NCBI GenBank assembly: GCA_043814055.1
Contig: JBDRKL010000010.1
Span: forward strand, 85,433 to 149,432
Length of the DNA: 64,000 nt
Reading direction: 5' to 3'
DNA from: an archaeon
GTDB lineage: Archaea; Undinarchaeota; Undinarchaeia; Undinarchaeales; JBDRKL01
In this document: in pieces, positions 19,564 through 28,059 of the stretch
Layout: every line of letters begins with the position of its first letter
Numbering within the stretch: the first letter of the stretch is position 1
Program-made: the position numbers and the translations under genes
The notes under the pieces: model-generated
The model's input: the letters and a program-made list of their open reading frames with translations, nothing else
Told to the model about the DNA's origin: nothing
The model's database searches: none

Positions 19564-21003
19564 ATGCCAAAAGAAGAAATAATCGGAATGACAGTGAAGA
19601 AAGACGAAAACTTCAGCGAATGGTATACTGAAGTTGTGCAGAAGGCCGAGCTTGCGGACTATGCTCCAATCGCAGGCTGTATTATATTCAGACCTTACTC
19701 CTACGAGATTTGGGAATATGTCCAGGACTACATTAACAAGGACATCAAGGCAAGAGGCCACAAAAATGCTTACTTCCCGCTCTTTATCCCAGAGTCATTC
19801 TTCAAGAAAGAGGCAGAGCACGCCGAGGGCTTCGCGCCTGAGGTAGCGTGGATTGCGCAGTCTGAGGACGAGAAGGGACAGGAGCGCTACGCGTTGCGCC
19901 CGACTTCTGAAGCGATTATGATGGACTCCTACTCAAAATGGGTGCGGTCGCACAGAGACCTTCCAATTCTAATTAACCAGTGGTGCAACGTGGTACGCTG
20001 GGAGACCGCAGTGACCAAGCCGTTCCTCCGCACCCGCGAGTTCTTGTGGCAAGAAGGGCATACTGCCCACAAGGACAAACAAGAAGCCGAACAAGAACTT
20101 AAGGACTCGCACGAGATGTACCGCAAGCTCGTTGAGGAAGAAATGGCAATTCCAGTGCTCAACGGCGTCAAGTCAAAAGGAGAAACTTTTGCAGGGGCTC
20201 AATACACGCGTGCTCTTGAAGCGCTAATGCCCGACGGCCGTGCGGTGCAGATGTGCACCTCGCACTACTTTGGAAACAATTTCGCAAAGGCGTTTGACAT
20301 CAAATTCCTGAACGAGAAAGAGCAGAGCGAGTTCGCGCACACCACCTCTTGGGGTATGAGCACGCGGGTGATTGGCGCGATAATCATGGTTCACGGTGAT
20401 GACAAAGGCTTGATACTGCCACCACGCATGGCACCGATTCAGGCAGTCATAGTGCCGATTGTATTTGATAAGGAAAAGGAGAAGATTCTTAAAAAGGCAT
20501 CGGAGCTTAAGGAGAGTCTTAAAAACATAAGGGTTCAGCTCGATGACCGCGACACGTACAAACCGGGCTGGAAGTTCCACCACTGGGAGCTCAAGGGCGT
20601 TCCAGTCCGAATTGAAATTGGACCAAAGGACCTTGAGAAGAAGCAGGTTGTACTTGTACGCAGAGACACAGGAGAGAAAATATTTGTCAAAGAAACCGAG
20701 CTCAACAAGAAACTGCCTGAGCTTTTAGAAACTATCCAGAAGGACTTGTACAAGAAGGCTGCGAAGTTTATGAAAGAAAGCATTCGCGACGCAAAGGACT
20801 TCAAGGAGTTTTCAAAGATAATAGAGAAGCAGCGCGGCTTTGTCAAGATGAACTGGTGCGGCGAGCTCAAGTGCGAGCAGGAAATCAAGGACAAGACCAC
20901 TGCTACAGTCAGAATAATTGCTGAGAAAGAAAAGGCAGCGGGCAAGTGCCCGCACTGCGGGAAAGAAGCAAAGCACGTTGCGTATTTTGCTAAGAGTTAT
21001 TAA
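19564..21003 (+). CDS. proS: proline--tRNA ligase (archaeal/eukaryal type)
   Basis: LRPTSE, FLRTREFLWQEGHT, WELKGVP.RIEIGP, C-terminal AKSY. Confidence 0.97.
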   Translation: MPKEEIIGMTVKKDENFSEWYTEVVQKAELADYAPIAGCIIFRPYSYEIWEYVQDYINKDIKARGHKNAYFPLFIPESFFKKEAEHAEGFAPEVAWIAQSEDEKGQERYALRPTSEAIMMDSYSKWVRSHRDLPILINQWCNVVRWETAVTKPFLRTREFLWQEGHTAHKDKQEAEQELKDSHEMYRKLVEEEMAIPVLNGVKSKGETFAGAQYTRALEALMPDGRAVQMCTSHYFGNNFAKAFDIKFLNEKEQSEFAHTTSWGMSTRVIGAIIMVHGDDKGLILPPRMAPIQAVIVPIVFDKEKEKILKKASELKESLKNIRVQLDDRDTYKPGWKFHHWELKGVPVRIEIGPKDLEKKQVVLVRRDTGEKIFVKETELNKKLPELLETIQKDLYKKAAKFMKESIRDAKDFKEFSKIIEKQRGFVKMNWCGELKCEQEIKDKTTATVRIIAEKEKAAGKCPHCGKEAKHVAYFAKSY

Positions 21004-21025
21004 GCAGTTTGTTTATTATTGAGTT

Positions 21026-21585
21026 ATGGTTGAGATAAAAGTATACAAACATTGCACCCCTCGCGACTTTTGGGTATATGAACGGGCAAAAAATATGAGG
21101 CAAACATTCAACACGACCCAAATATAGAACACGAGCATTCAGGAACCATACGCCTAGCCTGGTTTAAGGACTCAACACACAACAAAAAATACCCAGTTCT
21201 TTTTTCACTATTGAATTTCAAATCAACTTCTGCATATGTCTGGGGCGTTGGCATTGAAAAAATGCAGAGATGGTGCACAGTTCCAGAATTTTTCTGCTAT
21301 TACTATTACATAAACAAGGACGGCGTTTTCAAGGACTTCAAAAACCCACCTAAAGAAGAGGCAGATAAAGCAGAACAAGAAGCCAAATTATTTTTTGAAA
21401 CCCTTGCGAATTGGATAGCAAAAAGGCACAAAGAGGTTAAAGCAGTTTATTACGAGTCTGAACTAAAGTTCTGGCGCGCGAATGATCGCATACCCCTCAA
21501 AATATCTGAACCTGATGAAGGTTATACCCAAAACTGGGGATACGAATTAAGAAAAATTCACCTCCCTAAGCGCTGGAAGCATTAA
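21026..21585 (+). pseudogene. hypothetical gene interrupted by a -1 frameshift
   Basis: ATG 21026 frame stops near 21128; frame of ORF 21211-21585 is open back to 21082; A6 run at 21088-21093. Confidence 0.45.
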
Positions 21586-21624
21586 TCAGAACATATTTAA
21601 CCCTTAATTTGGTATGGCTACGCT

Positions 21625-22422
21625 ATGGTTTTGAAAATCAATTCAAAGAGTTTTATGGAATTCCGCGAAAAGGTTGCAAGAAAGGAGGACCAGCTCTTTG
21701 GCAATCCAAAATACTTCCTGATTTTCTGCATAACCACAATCACACTTATTCTCGTCCAGTACTCACTCACCCTTAATGCGCTTGTGCCAGCAGTTACGCT
21801 TGGAATGCTATGGCTCATATTTTGGGGTCGCTCAACCGCCACAGGCAAGTCATACCTTGTCATCGCAACAGCAATCGGCTACTTGCACGAGATTATAGGA
21901 GTCCATTACAGCTGGTTCAGCTACGCGACAGGCGACTTTGGGCTTGGGGTACCGCTCTGGGTTGCGCTTGGCTATGGCTGTATTTACTGGTCAATAGAAA
22001 ATTTCTGGACGCACGCCGAGGACAAACATTATTTCCCAGAGAAAAACTTCAGGCTTGTTTGGGCGCTATCTCTGCTTTCACTGCCATTGCTGGATTATTT
22101 CGTGTTTGAAATGTCAGCAAAAATACTCCCTTATCTTGTTTTCATCTTCCTGCTTTTCCTGCTGTTTAACCGGGCAAAGGAACAGCACTTGGCAATAACT
22201 GTCGCGTTCTTCTGCGGCCTGCAGGAAGTGCTCGGCACCTTGCTCGGCGCGTGGAGCCACCCAACACTCTCGCTCGTTACAATAATACCGACTTACACGT
22301 TCTTTGTCTGGGTAATACTGTTTGCAGTGCACTTGCTTCTAAAAGATATAACAATAACAAGAAGAGAACTAGCAATTGCAGTGGCAATTATTCTGCTCTG
22401 GGTCTGGACCTGGTTTTTCTAG
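21625..22422 (+). CDS. multi-pass membrane protein
   Basis: E..G....W.Y....GVPLWV..G.G repeat pattern, also seen in 49292-49636. Confidence 0.75.
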   Translation: MVLKINSKSFMEFREKVARKEDQLFGNPKYFLIFCITTITLILVQYSLTLNALVPAVTLGMLWLIFWGRSTATGKSYLVIATAIGYLHEIIGVHYSWFSYATGDFGLGVPLWVALGYGCIYWSIENFWTHAEDKHYFPEKNFRLVWALSLLSLPLLDYFVFEMSAKILPYLVFIFLLFLLFNRAKEQHLAITVAFFCGLQEVLGTLLGAWSHPTLSLVTIIPTYTFFVWVILFAVHLLLKDITITRRELAIAVAIILLWVWTWFF

Positions 22423-22425
22423 TAA

Positions 22426-22620
22426 CTAAACCCTAAACTCAGCAACTTCGTCAAGCAAATCAACCTGCGAAAGAATCATTCTCCTGCAGCAGTATCTTTC
22501 AACTTCAACTGCGTCCATGGCTTCCTTCGGTGTCTTGCCCTGCTCAAGCAAAAGCTTGAACTGCTCATACTCGCTGCCGAGTGTTTTCCCGCATGTAAAA
22601 CATCTAACTGGTATTATCAT
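22426..22620 (-). CDS. rpoN: RNA polymerase subunit N (Rpo10)
   Basis: MIIPVRCFTCGK...RYCCRRM. Confidence 0.97.
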   Translation of the reverse strand: MIIPVRCFTCGKTLGSEYEQFKLLLEQGKTPKEAMDAVEVERYCCRRMILSQVDLLDEVAEFRV

Positions 22621-22626
22621 AGTATA

Positions 22627-23034
22627 TCACCTATAGCTCTTCTGTCTCCTTGATCTTGGAGAACTGTCCCCTGGCTTGTATGGCTCTCTCTGCCTTGAGT
22701 CACCTGCAAGTATCTTGTCGTCGTACTCTATAAGCATTTTCTTGACGTCTTCTTTTCCAGTGAATTTGACTATTGCCTTTGAAATCGCTGTTCGTGACGC
22801 TGCAGCCTGACCAAGCGCCCCGCCGCCGGTTACGTTCACGCTAATATCAAGGTCTTTTGAAACATTACTTATGACTGAAAGCGGCTCTTGTATAAGGGTC
22901 CGCTCAAGCATTGTGCCCCACTTTGAAAGCTCTACTGAATTAATGCGGACACAGCCCGTGCCCTTTGTAACTGTTGCGCGCGCTTTTGCACTCTTCTTCT
23001 TGCCTATTGCAACACTTGATTTTGTTACTGCCAT
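22627..23034 (-). CDS. rps9: 30S ribosomal protein S9
   Basis: GKKKSAKARA, GGG..GQA, QKSYR. Confidence 0.96.
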   Translation of the reverse strand: MAVTKSSVAIGKKKSAKARATVTKGTGCVRINSVELSKWGTMLERTLIQEPLSVISNVSKDLDISVNVTGGGALGQAAASRTAISKAIVKFTGKEDVKKMLIEYDDKILAGDSRQREPYKPGDSSPRSRRQKSYR

Positions 23035-23534
23035 TATTCTTTAGCCCTCTCAGCTTTCCCCTCTTTCACCCTGCTCTTTTTGGCCACTGCCGGAGCAACA
23101 GAAAGGGTTTGCATTGGCTTGCCGCCAACACGGTGCGATAGCTTTTCAAGAGTTATATACTTCCGCTTCTCAACTCCAATGATTTTTGCACCCTCAACTG
23201 TCTCAAACTTGGCATTCTCAAATTCAAGAGGAACACCGAGGTAAGTTGTGATGCGCTTGAATGCGTTGGCGCCGGATGTCTTTTTGTAGGGGAGCATTCC
23301 GCGGATTGTGCGCTTTAGAATACGGTCGGCTTTCTTAGGCGCGAATGGACCCTGGTACCTTGAACCAATGTCCTGTTTCTCAAGGTAGTCTCGCTTGGTT
23401 GTGGCCTGATTGCCAGTTATTACTGCTTTTTCAGAATTAACTATGACTATTGTGTCGCCGTTTAGCGCTGACTTTGCCACGCTGCTTGCCAGCCGACCAG
23501 CCTTCAGGTTTGTTGCGTCAATTAAGCGCCTCAT
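23034..23534 (-). CDS. rpl13: 50S ribosomal protein L13
   Basis: IDA....GRLAS.VAK, RTIRGMLPYK. Confidence 0.96.
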   Translation of the reverse strand: MRRLIDATNLKAGRLASSVAKSALNGDTIVIVNSEKAVITGNQATTKRDYLEKQDIGSRYQGPFAPKKADRILKRTIRGMLPYKKTSGANAFKRITTYLGVPLEFENAKFETVEGAKIIGVEKRKYITLEKLSHRVGGKPMQTLSVAPAVAKKSRVKEGKAERAKE

Positions 23535-23884
23535 TTGATTATCCTCAGCTCTTTTGGCTTTACCTTGAGAGCAGCTGTAATTGGCATTACCTTGCCGCCT
23601 GCCTTGGTTACTTTCGCAGATGCAGAATCGGATACCTTGTATGAATATACTGTGAGAGCGTGCTCAATGTTGCCCGCACCAAGCAGCTTGCCTGGTATCA
23701 CGACGGACTCACCCTTCTTGGTTACGCGGTTTAGATTGCTCAAATTAATCTCCGCCCAGTTCTGCCTTGGCTTCTCCAAGCGCTTGGCTAGGTCGCGCCA
23801 TATCGGGGCGCTGGATTCCTCTGAAGCCTTGTATAAGGAAGCTATCAGGGAAAGAACTTCAGTATTGCTCTTTCTAAGTTTCAT
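23531..23884 (-). CDS. rpl18e: 50S ribosomal protein L18e
   Basis: APIWRDLAKRL, INLS.L.R, VVIPGKLLGAG. Confidence 0.96.
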   Translation of the reverse strand: MKLRKSNTEVLSLIASLYKASEESSAPIWRDLAKRLEKPRQNWAEINLSNLNRVTKKGESVVIPGKLLGAGNIEHALTVYSYKVSDSASAKVTKAGGKVMPITAALKVKPKELRIIK

Positions 23885-23933
23885 AATGCGAAGCTAGTAT
23901 ATGGGTTAGGGGGTTTTTAAAGGTTTTGCAGCT

Positions 23934-24584
23934 CTACCTTTTAGCCTTGTTCAAGACATCCCCCAGCTCCTTTTTGGAGCTGGACTTGTATATCCTCTTT
24001 GGCTCGTTGTACGCGTCCTTGAAGAATTCAGAGCCAACAATCATTATTGCGAGAAGCGTTGCTATGAAACCAACTGCCCACCAACCGTTTGCGTTCCCCC
24101 TCATCGGCATTGTTTCACGCGCCATAACTTCAATTGCTGGCTTTTCAGGCAGGTTCTTGACTACAACATCAACGGTCCCCTGCGTGTAAAATCCCTCGCT
24201 TGATTTCAGGTAGTATGTGCCTAGGTATGTTTTTACTTCAGCACCCTCTGGGACATTAAAGGTTATAGTAAAATAATTCTCACTCCTTGGAGCTATTGAC
24301 GCAATGAGCTCAGGTTTAATTGTGAAATATTCTTCAGGTAGGTCCTGAAGTTCAAGCTGCACGTGGGTGATGCCGCACATAACATTGCTGATGACCACAA
24401 CCGCCTCCCCTGAGCCGCCTGGGTAAATGTTTATCGCAGACGGCGCGTCAAAATCAAAAGAAGACGTGCACGGGAACGGGTATGAGATAAAGCCCGTAAC
24501 CGAGCCACTTGAGACTACCATGCTGCTAATTAGTACAATGAGGACTAAAATCCCCAAAACGTAATTTTTATTTGCAATGTTCAT
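23934..24584 (-). CDS. membrane-anchored surface protein with Ig-like domain
   Basis: N-terminal signal/TM, beta-rich domain, C-terminal TM; start uncertain. Confidence 0.7.
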   Translation of the reverse strand: MNIANKNYVLGILVLIVLISSMVVSSGSVTGFISYPFPCTSSFDFDAPSAINIYPGGSGEAVVVISNVMCGITHVQLELQDLPEEYFTIKPELIASIAPRSENYFTITFNVPEGAEVKTYLGTYYLKSSEGFYTQGTVDVVVKNLPEKPAIEVMARETMPMRGNANGWWAVGFIATLLAIMIVGSEFFKDAYNEPKRIYKSSSKKELGDVLNKAKR

Positions 24585-24670
24585 GCCATAGGTAGTAGAC
24601 GAAGTAGGTTTTAAAGGTTTTGATACAGACAAAGAGATATCTTTTTATATGGGTAGTCCAAATAGTGCAT

Positions 24671-25603
24671 ATGGATTTCATCAAAAAAGTTTTTGGCAGA
24701 CCAGAACCTACTTACGAACATTCTTACCACGACGACGGAGACGACGAACTAGAGATTCTCGTAAAACAGCAAATTCCAGACAAGGGTCCGGAGCTTGACC
24801 TGGACAAGATGTTCCTGAATTTCCTCGCGCAGGAATTCGGATATACTGGAGACATCCCTGCACTCCAGCCTGCAGTCCAGCCAATGGCGCCGCCACTTTT
24901 CATACTCAGATCAAAAGAGAGCCAGCTCAGTGTGTGGTACAGACTTCCACTTAAGGGCGAGAGCGGCACGCTCCACATCCCGGACTTCGTTGTTTTCAGG
25001 GGCAATTACAGGACTGCGCCGAGAGACAAGAACCCTGACATAATCGTTGAGTGCAGAAACCTTATAGATGACTTATCAAACAGGACTGACCTACGAGTTG
25101 TGCAGGATGTTATTGGGAGGTCGCTTGAAGTACTTCCAGGCACTTGCGTTCTTTTAACAAACCGCGAGCTTTCAGGCTATGCGAGGGGGCTTGCAGAGAA
25201 GTACGGCATCGGGCTTGTTGAGCTTGACAACACCGCAGACCCTGGGTACAGGCTGTTTAAGACGCTTGTTTCAGACGAGCAACTGACGCGGGATAAGTTC
25301 ACGAGCATCGTCAACAAGAGCCTGAACAAAATGCTCCTGCTACAGAAGAAGACAAAGAGAACGCTTGGCGCGCACGAGGCAATGCAAAAAGGAACCGTTC
25401 ACGACCGCGTTTACAAGGTTATCCAAACGCACCCAGGCTCAACAGTTGCTGAGATATCAAGTGTAATCGGAATACACGACAATTTCATAGTCAATGCGCT
25501 GTACCTGCTTGAAAAGGAAAAGAAAGCAAAGATAACCAAGCATAGCAACCAGCCTAACTCGCATAGGTATCATGAGTGGAGCGCGGTAAAACCGACTGGT
25601 TAA
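24671..25603 (+). CDS. restriction-endonuclease-like fold protein with C-terminal wHTH
   Basis: HIPDFVV...DIIVECR, S.YAR.LAEKYGI.L (Mrr-like); HPGSTVAEIS..IG..AL..LEKE wHTH. Confidence 0.6.
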   Translation: MDFIKKVFGRPEPTYEHSYHDDGDDELEILVKQQIPDKGPELDLDKMFLNFLAQEFGYTGDIPALQPAVQPMAPPLFILRSKESQLSVWYRLPLKGESGTLHIPDFVVFRGNYRTAPRDKNPDIIVECRNLIDDLSNRTDLRVVQDVIGRSLEVLPGTCVLLTNRELSGYARGLAEKYGIGLVELDNTADPGYRLFKTLVSDEQLTRDKFTSIVNKSLNKMLLLQKKTKRTLGAHEAMQKGTVHDRVYKVIQTHPGSTVAEISSVIGIHDNFIVNALYLLEKEKKAKITKHSNQPNSHRYHEWSAVKPTG

Positions 25604-25833
25604 ACCGACTCAACTAATTTTACTCCAGGCACTTTCTCTTTCAGCATAGCTTCCACAAAAGTCTTCAGCGTTATTTGAGCCATTGGACAGGTCGCACAGG
25701 CGCCCTGCAGCTTCACTTTCACAACACCGATTTCTTCATCAACATTAATCAGCTCTATGCTGCCGCCGTCCTGCTCAAGCCCGGGCTTTATTTCCTCGTC
25801 AATTACTTTTTGGATTTGTTCTTTAAGGGCCAT
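25600..25833 (-). CDS. NifU C-terminal domain protein (Nfu-type Fe-S carrier)
   Basis: IKP.L..DGG.IEL...LQGACATCP. Confidence 0.92.
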   Translation of the reverse strand: MALKEQIQKVIDEEIKPGLEQDGGSIELINVDEEIGVVKVKLQGACATCPMAQITLKTFVEAMLKEKVPGVKLVESV

Positions 25834-25840
25834 AACATAC

Positions 25841-26536
25841 CTAGTGATTTCTGCTTATTAACTCTTGCCGAAGTTTCTCAAGAAGCCTTAGTTTTACAGG
25901 CGCTTCCCTTAGATTTTGTTCAGCTCCGACACAATCCTCTATTAAATCAGCCCAAAATTTAGGGTCAGTTTCCGTTTCCCGCGCAAGTGCGCCCACTACT
26001 TTGTGCTTCCAAGCCATCCCGCCTTTTTCAACTATGGACTTTACAAGAGTATACACAGCGTTATATTTACCTAACCCTTCTTCTGTATCAAGAGTTGAAA
26101 TTGCAGCAAGAATTGCCTGAGGTATTTTATCAAATTCAACAACTTCAAAATCATGGTGGATTTGTTTGAGCAAGGCGCCGTACTTGCTGTCAGATGTAAA
26201 AACAGTTTTAATTATTGCAACAAGCATGCCATTAACCAGCCGCTGAGGATACCGCAGGTTATTATTTTTGCAATACGCCATAACAGTTCGGAGAGTGGAA
26301 ATAACCTCAGTGTAAAGCGCTTCTCCTTTCTTTTCCTTTTCTTTCTGGCTTAGCTGGAAATAGCAGTTTGCAAGCCCGAGCAAGTATTTCATAGTGTTTT
26401 GAGAAACTTCAGAATCCTGTTTGAAAAGCTCACCATATAATCTGATAGCATCCTTCCACCGCTTTCTCTGTTCAAGATGCCATATCGTGGTCACTAATTG
26501 ATTTTCATTCTGGTCTTTAGAGGAAACCATACACAC
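25841..26536 (-). CDS. hypothetical helical/TPR-like protein
   Basis: W.DAI.LY, LGLANCYFQL. Confidence 0.6.
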   Translation of the reverse strand: MCMVSSKDQNENQLVTTIWHLEQRKRWKDAIRLYGELFKQDSEVSQNTMKYLLGLANCYFQLSQKEKEKKGEALYTEVISTLRTVMAYCKNNNLRYPQRLVNGMLVAIIKTVFTSDSKYGALLKQIHHDFEVVEFDKIPQAILAAISTLDTEEGLGKYNAVYTLVKSIVEKGGMAWKHKVVGALARETETDPKFWADLIEDCVGAEQNLREAPVKLRLLEKLRQELISRNH

Positions 26537-26607
26537 AATTTGTTTTAAATCATATATAATCTCTCGCCCAAGAAACTATTTAAACTTAACAATCGTTAAA
26601 TTTGGGT

Positions 26608-26730
26608 ATGAAATCACTTCACTACGCTTTCGCTTCGTTCAGTCACAATGAAACTTCAGAGAATATAAACAATAAAATTGCTGAAGCTTCATTGTGTTCA
26701 AAGCTGGTGAAGGAGGTGAAACTTTGAAAT
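26608..26730 (+). mobile_element. structured insertion between stranded ATGAAAT and new RBS/TTGAAAT start
   Basis: Hairpin 26644-26696 shared with tRNA-Lys intron; 26697-26730 shared with EF-2 leader. Confidence 0.65.
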
Positions 26731-27089
26731 TCCCGTGTGAAATCATAGTTTGGAAAGTCCTCCCAGCGATACGCGCTGAGATGGCGCGCAACCTTGCGAA
26801 AGAGGGGATGAACCAGAAGGAAATCGCAAAGGTAATGGGCATTACAGAAGCCGCGGTGTCGCAATATGCCAACAAGAAGCGAGCTGCAGAATTCAAGATT
26901 GGCAAGAGTTTTGGCCAGCGTTTCAAGGGCGCGGCAAAGCAATTAAAGGAAACTGGCAGCCCGATACGGACTGTGGAAGTGTGCTGTGAGATATGCCGCG
27001 AGATACGCGAGCAGGGCTGTATGTGCAGTCTGCACAAGGAGAGCTCGGACCAGCCAAAAGACTGCGCGCTTTGCAAAGGAAAGTGCTAG
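26724..27089 (+). CDS. HTH transcriptional regulator with Cys-rich C-terminus
   Basis: PCE.....LPAIRA..A..L...GM.Q.EIA..MGITEAAVSQY; GGAGGTGA RBS before TTG. Confidence 0.85.
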   Translation: MKFPCEIIVWKVLPAIRAEMARNLAKEGMNQKEIAKVMGITEAAVSQYANKKRAAEFKIGKSFGQRFKGAAKQLKETGSPIRTVEVCCEICREIREQGCMCSLHKESSDQPKDCALCKGKC

Positions 27090-27781
27090 CGGTGCTTCAC
27101 ATTATCAATATGCTTTTTCGCAGCTGCAACAAACTTGCTCATTTCTTCGTCGCTCTGCGACTTTAGCGCATCATATTTTGAATTCAGGCACCGGCCGGGA
27201 ACGAACTTTTGAAGCACGTATTTCTTCACACCCTTTATGCCTTTTGCAATCGCTTCAATATCCTTCTCAGTGTGCAGGCCGGGTACGACAGTGGTGCGGA
27301 GCTCGTAGTCAATGCCGGAGTCTTTCAGGATTTGAATGCTTTCCTTGATTTTTTCAAGGTCAACCTTGGCGCCGGACGCCCTGTCATACTTAGCCTGCTC
27401 AAGCTGGGCATTAATGTCCATTGCAAAGTAGTCCACTGCTTTTGCCTTAATAAGCTGTTTGATAACTTCAGGATTGCTCCCGTTCGTGTCAACTTTCACC
27501 AGCAAATCCATTGCCCTGATTTTCCTGCAGAAATCAGACAAGCCAGGCTGCAGCGTGGGCTCACCGCCTGTGATGCAGACTGCGTCAAGGAATTTCTTCT
27601 GCCTGCCAGCAAAGTTCAGGATTTTTTCTTCAGGGATTAACTGCTGTGTATCAGCCTCAAGAACAAGCGGCCTGTTGTGACAGAAAGGGCAGCGGAAGTT
27701 GCAGCCAGGAGTGAACACTACTGCTGAGATCTTGCCATCCCAGTCCAGAGTGCTTGAATCTACAAAACCTGCAATGTTCAT
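27086..27781 (-). CDS. nrdG: anaerobic ribonucleotide reductase activating radical SAM protein
   Basis: GCNFRCPFCHN, ITGGEPTLQ, DTNGS; downstream of nrdD. Confidence 0.92.
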   Translation of the reverse strand: MNIAGFVDSSTLDWDGKISAVVFTPGCNFRCPFCHNRPLVLEADTQQLIPEEKILNFAGRQKKFLDAVCITGGEPTLQPGLSDFCRKIRAMDLLVKVDTNGSNPEVIKQLIKAKAVDYFAMDINAQLEQAKYDRASGAKVDLEKIKESIQILKDSGIDYELRTTVVPGLHTEKDIEAIAKGIKGVKKYVLQKFVPGRCLNSKYDALKSQSDEEMSKFVAAAKKHIDNVKHR

Positions 27782-27790
27782 TATTAAAAT

Positions 27791-28054
27791 TTATTTGAGC
27801 TTTTCCAGAAGCTGTTCCTTGGTCGGGATTTCCTCGCTTCCGCGGAACACTGGCTCGTTGTTAATTAAGATTGAAGGCGTAGATGCAATTTGATGCATCA
27901 GCGCTTCAACTAGGTTGTCGCCATCCTCAATGTTCTTGGACTCGTAATCCACCCCTTCTTTCCAGTTCAACTCTTTTGCAACCTCAGCCACAACAGCTTT
28001 TGCTTTTGGGCAGTTCGGGCAGTTGCTTGCTGTGTAAAGTACTAATTTCGCCAT
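27791..28054 (-). CDS. thioredoxin/glutaredoxin-like protein
   Basis: CPNC and STPSI motifs; between nrdD and nrdG. Confidence 0.88.
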   Translation of the reverse strand: MAKLVLYTASNCPNCPKAKAVVAEVAKELNWKEGVDYESKNIEDGDNLVEALMHQIASTPSILINNEPVFRGSEEIPTKEQLLEKLK

Positions 28055-28059
28055 TCATA

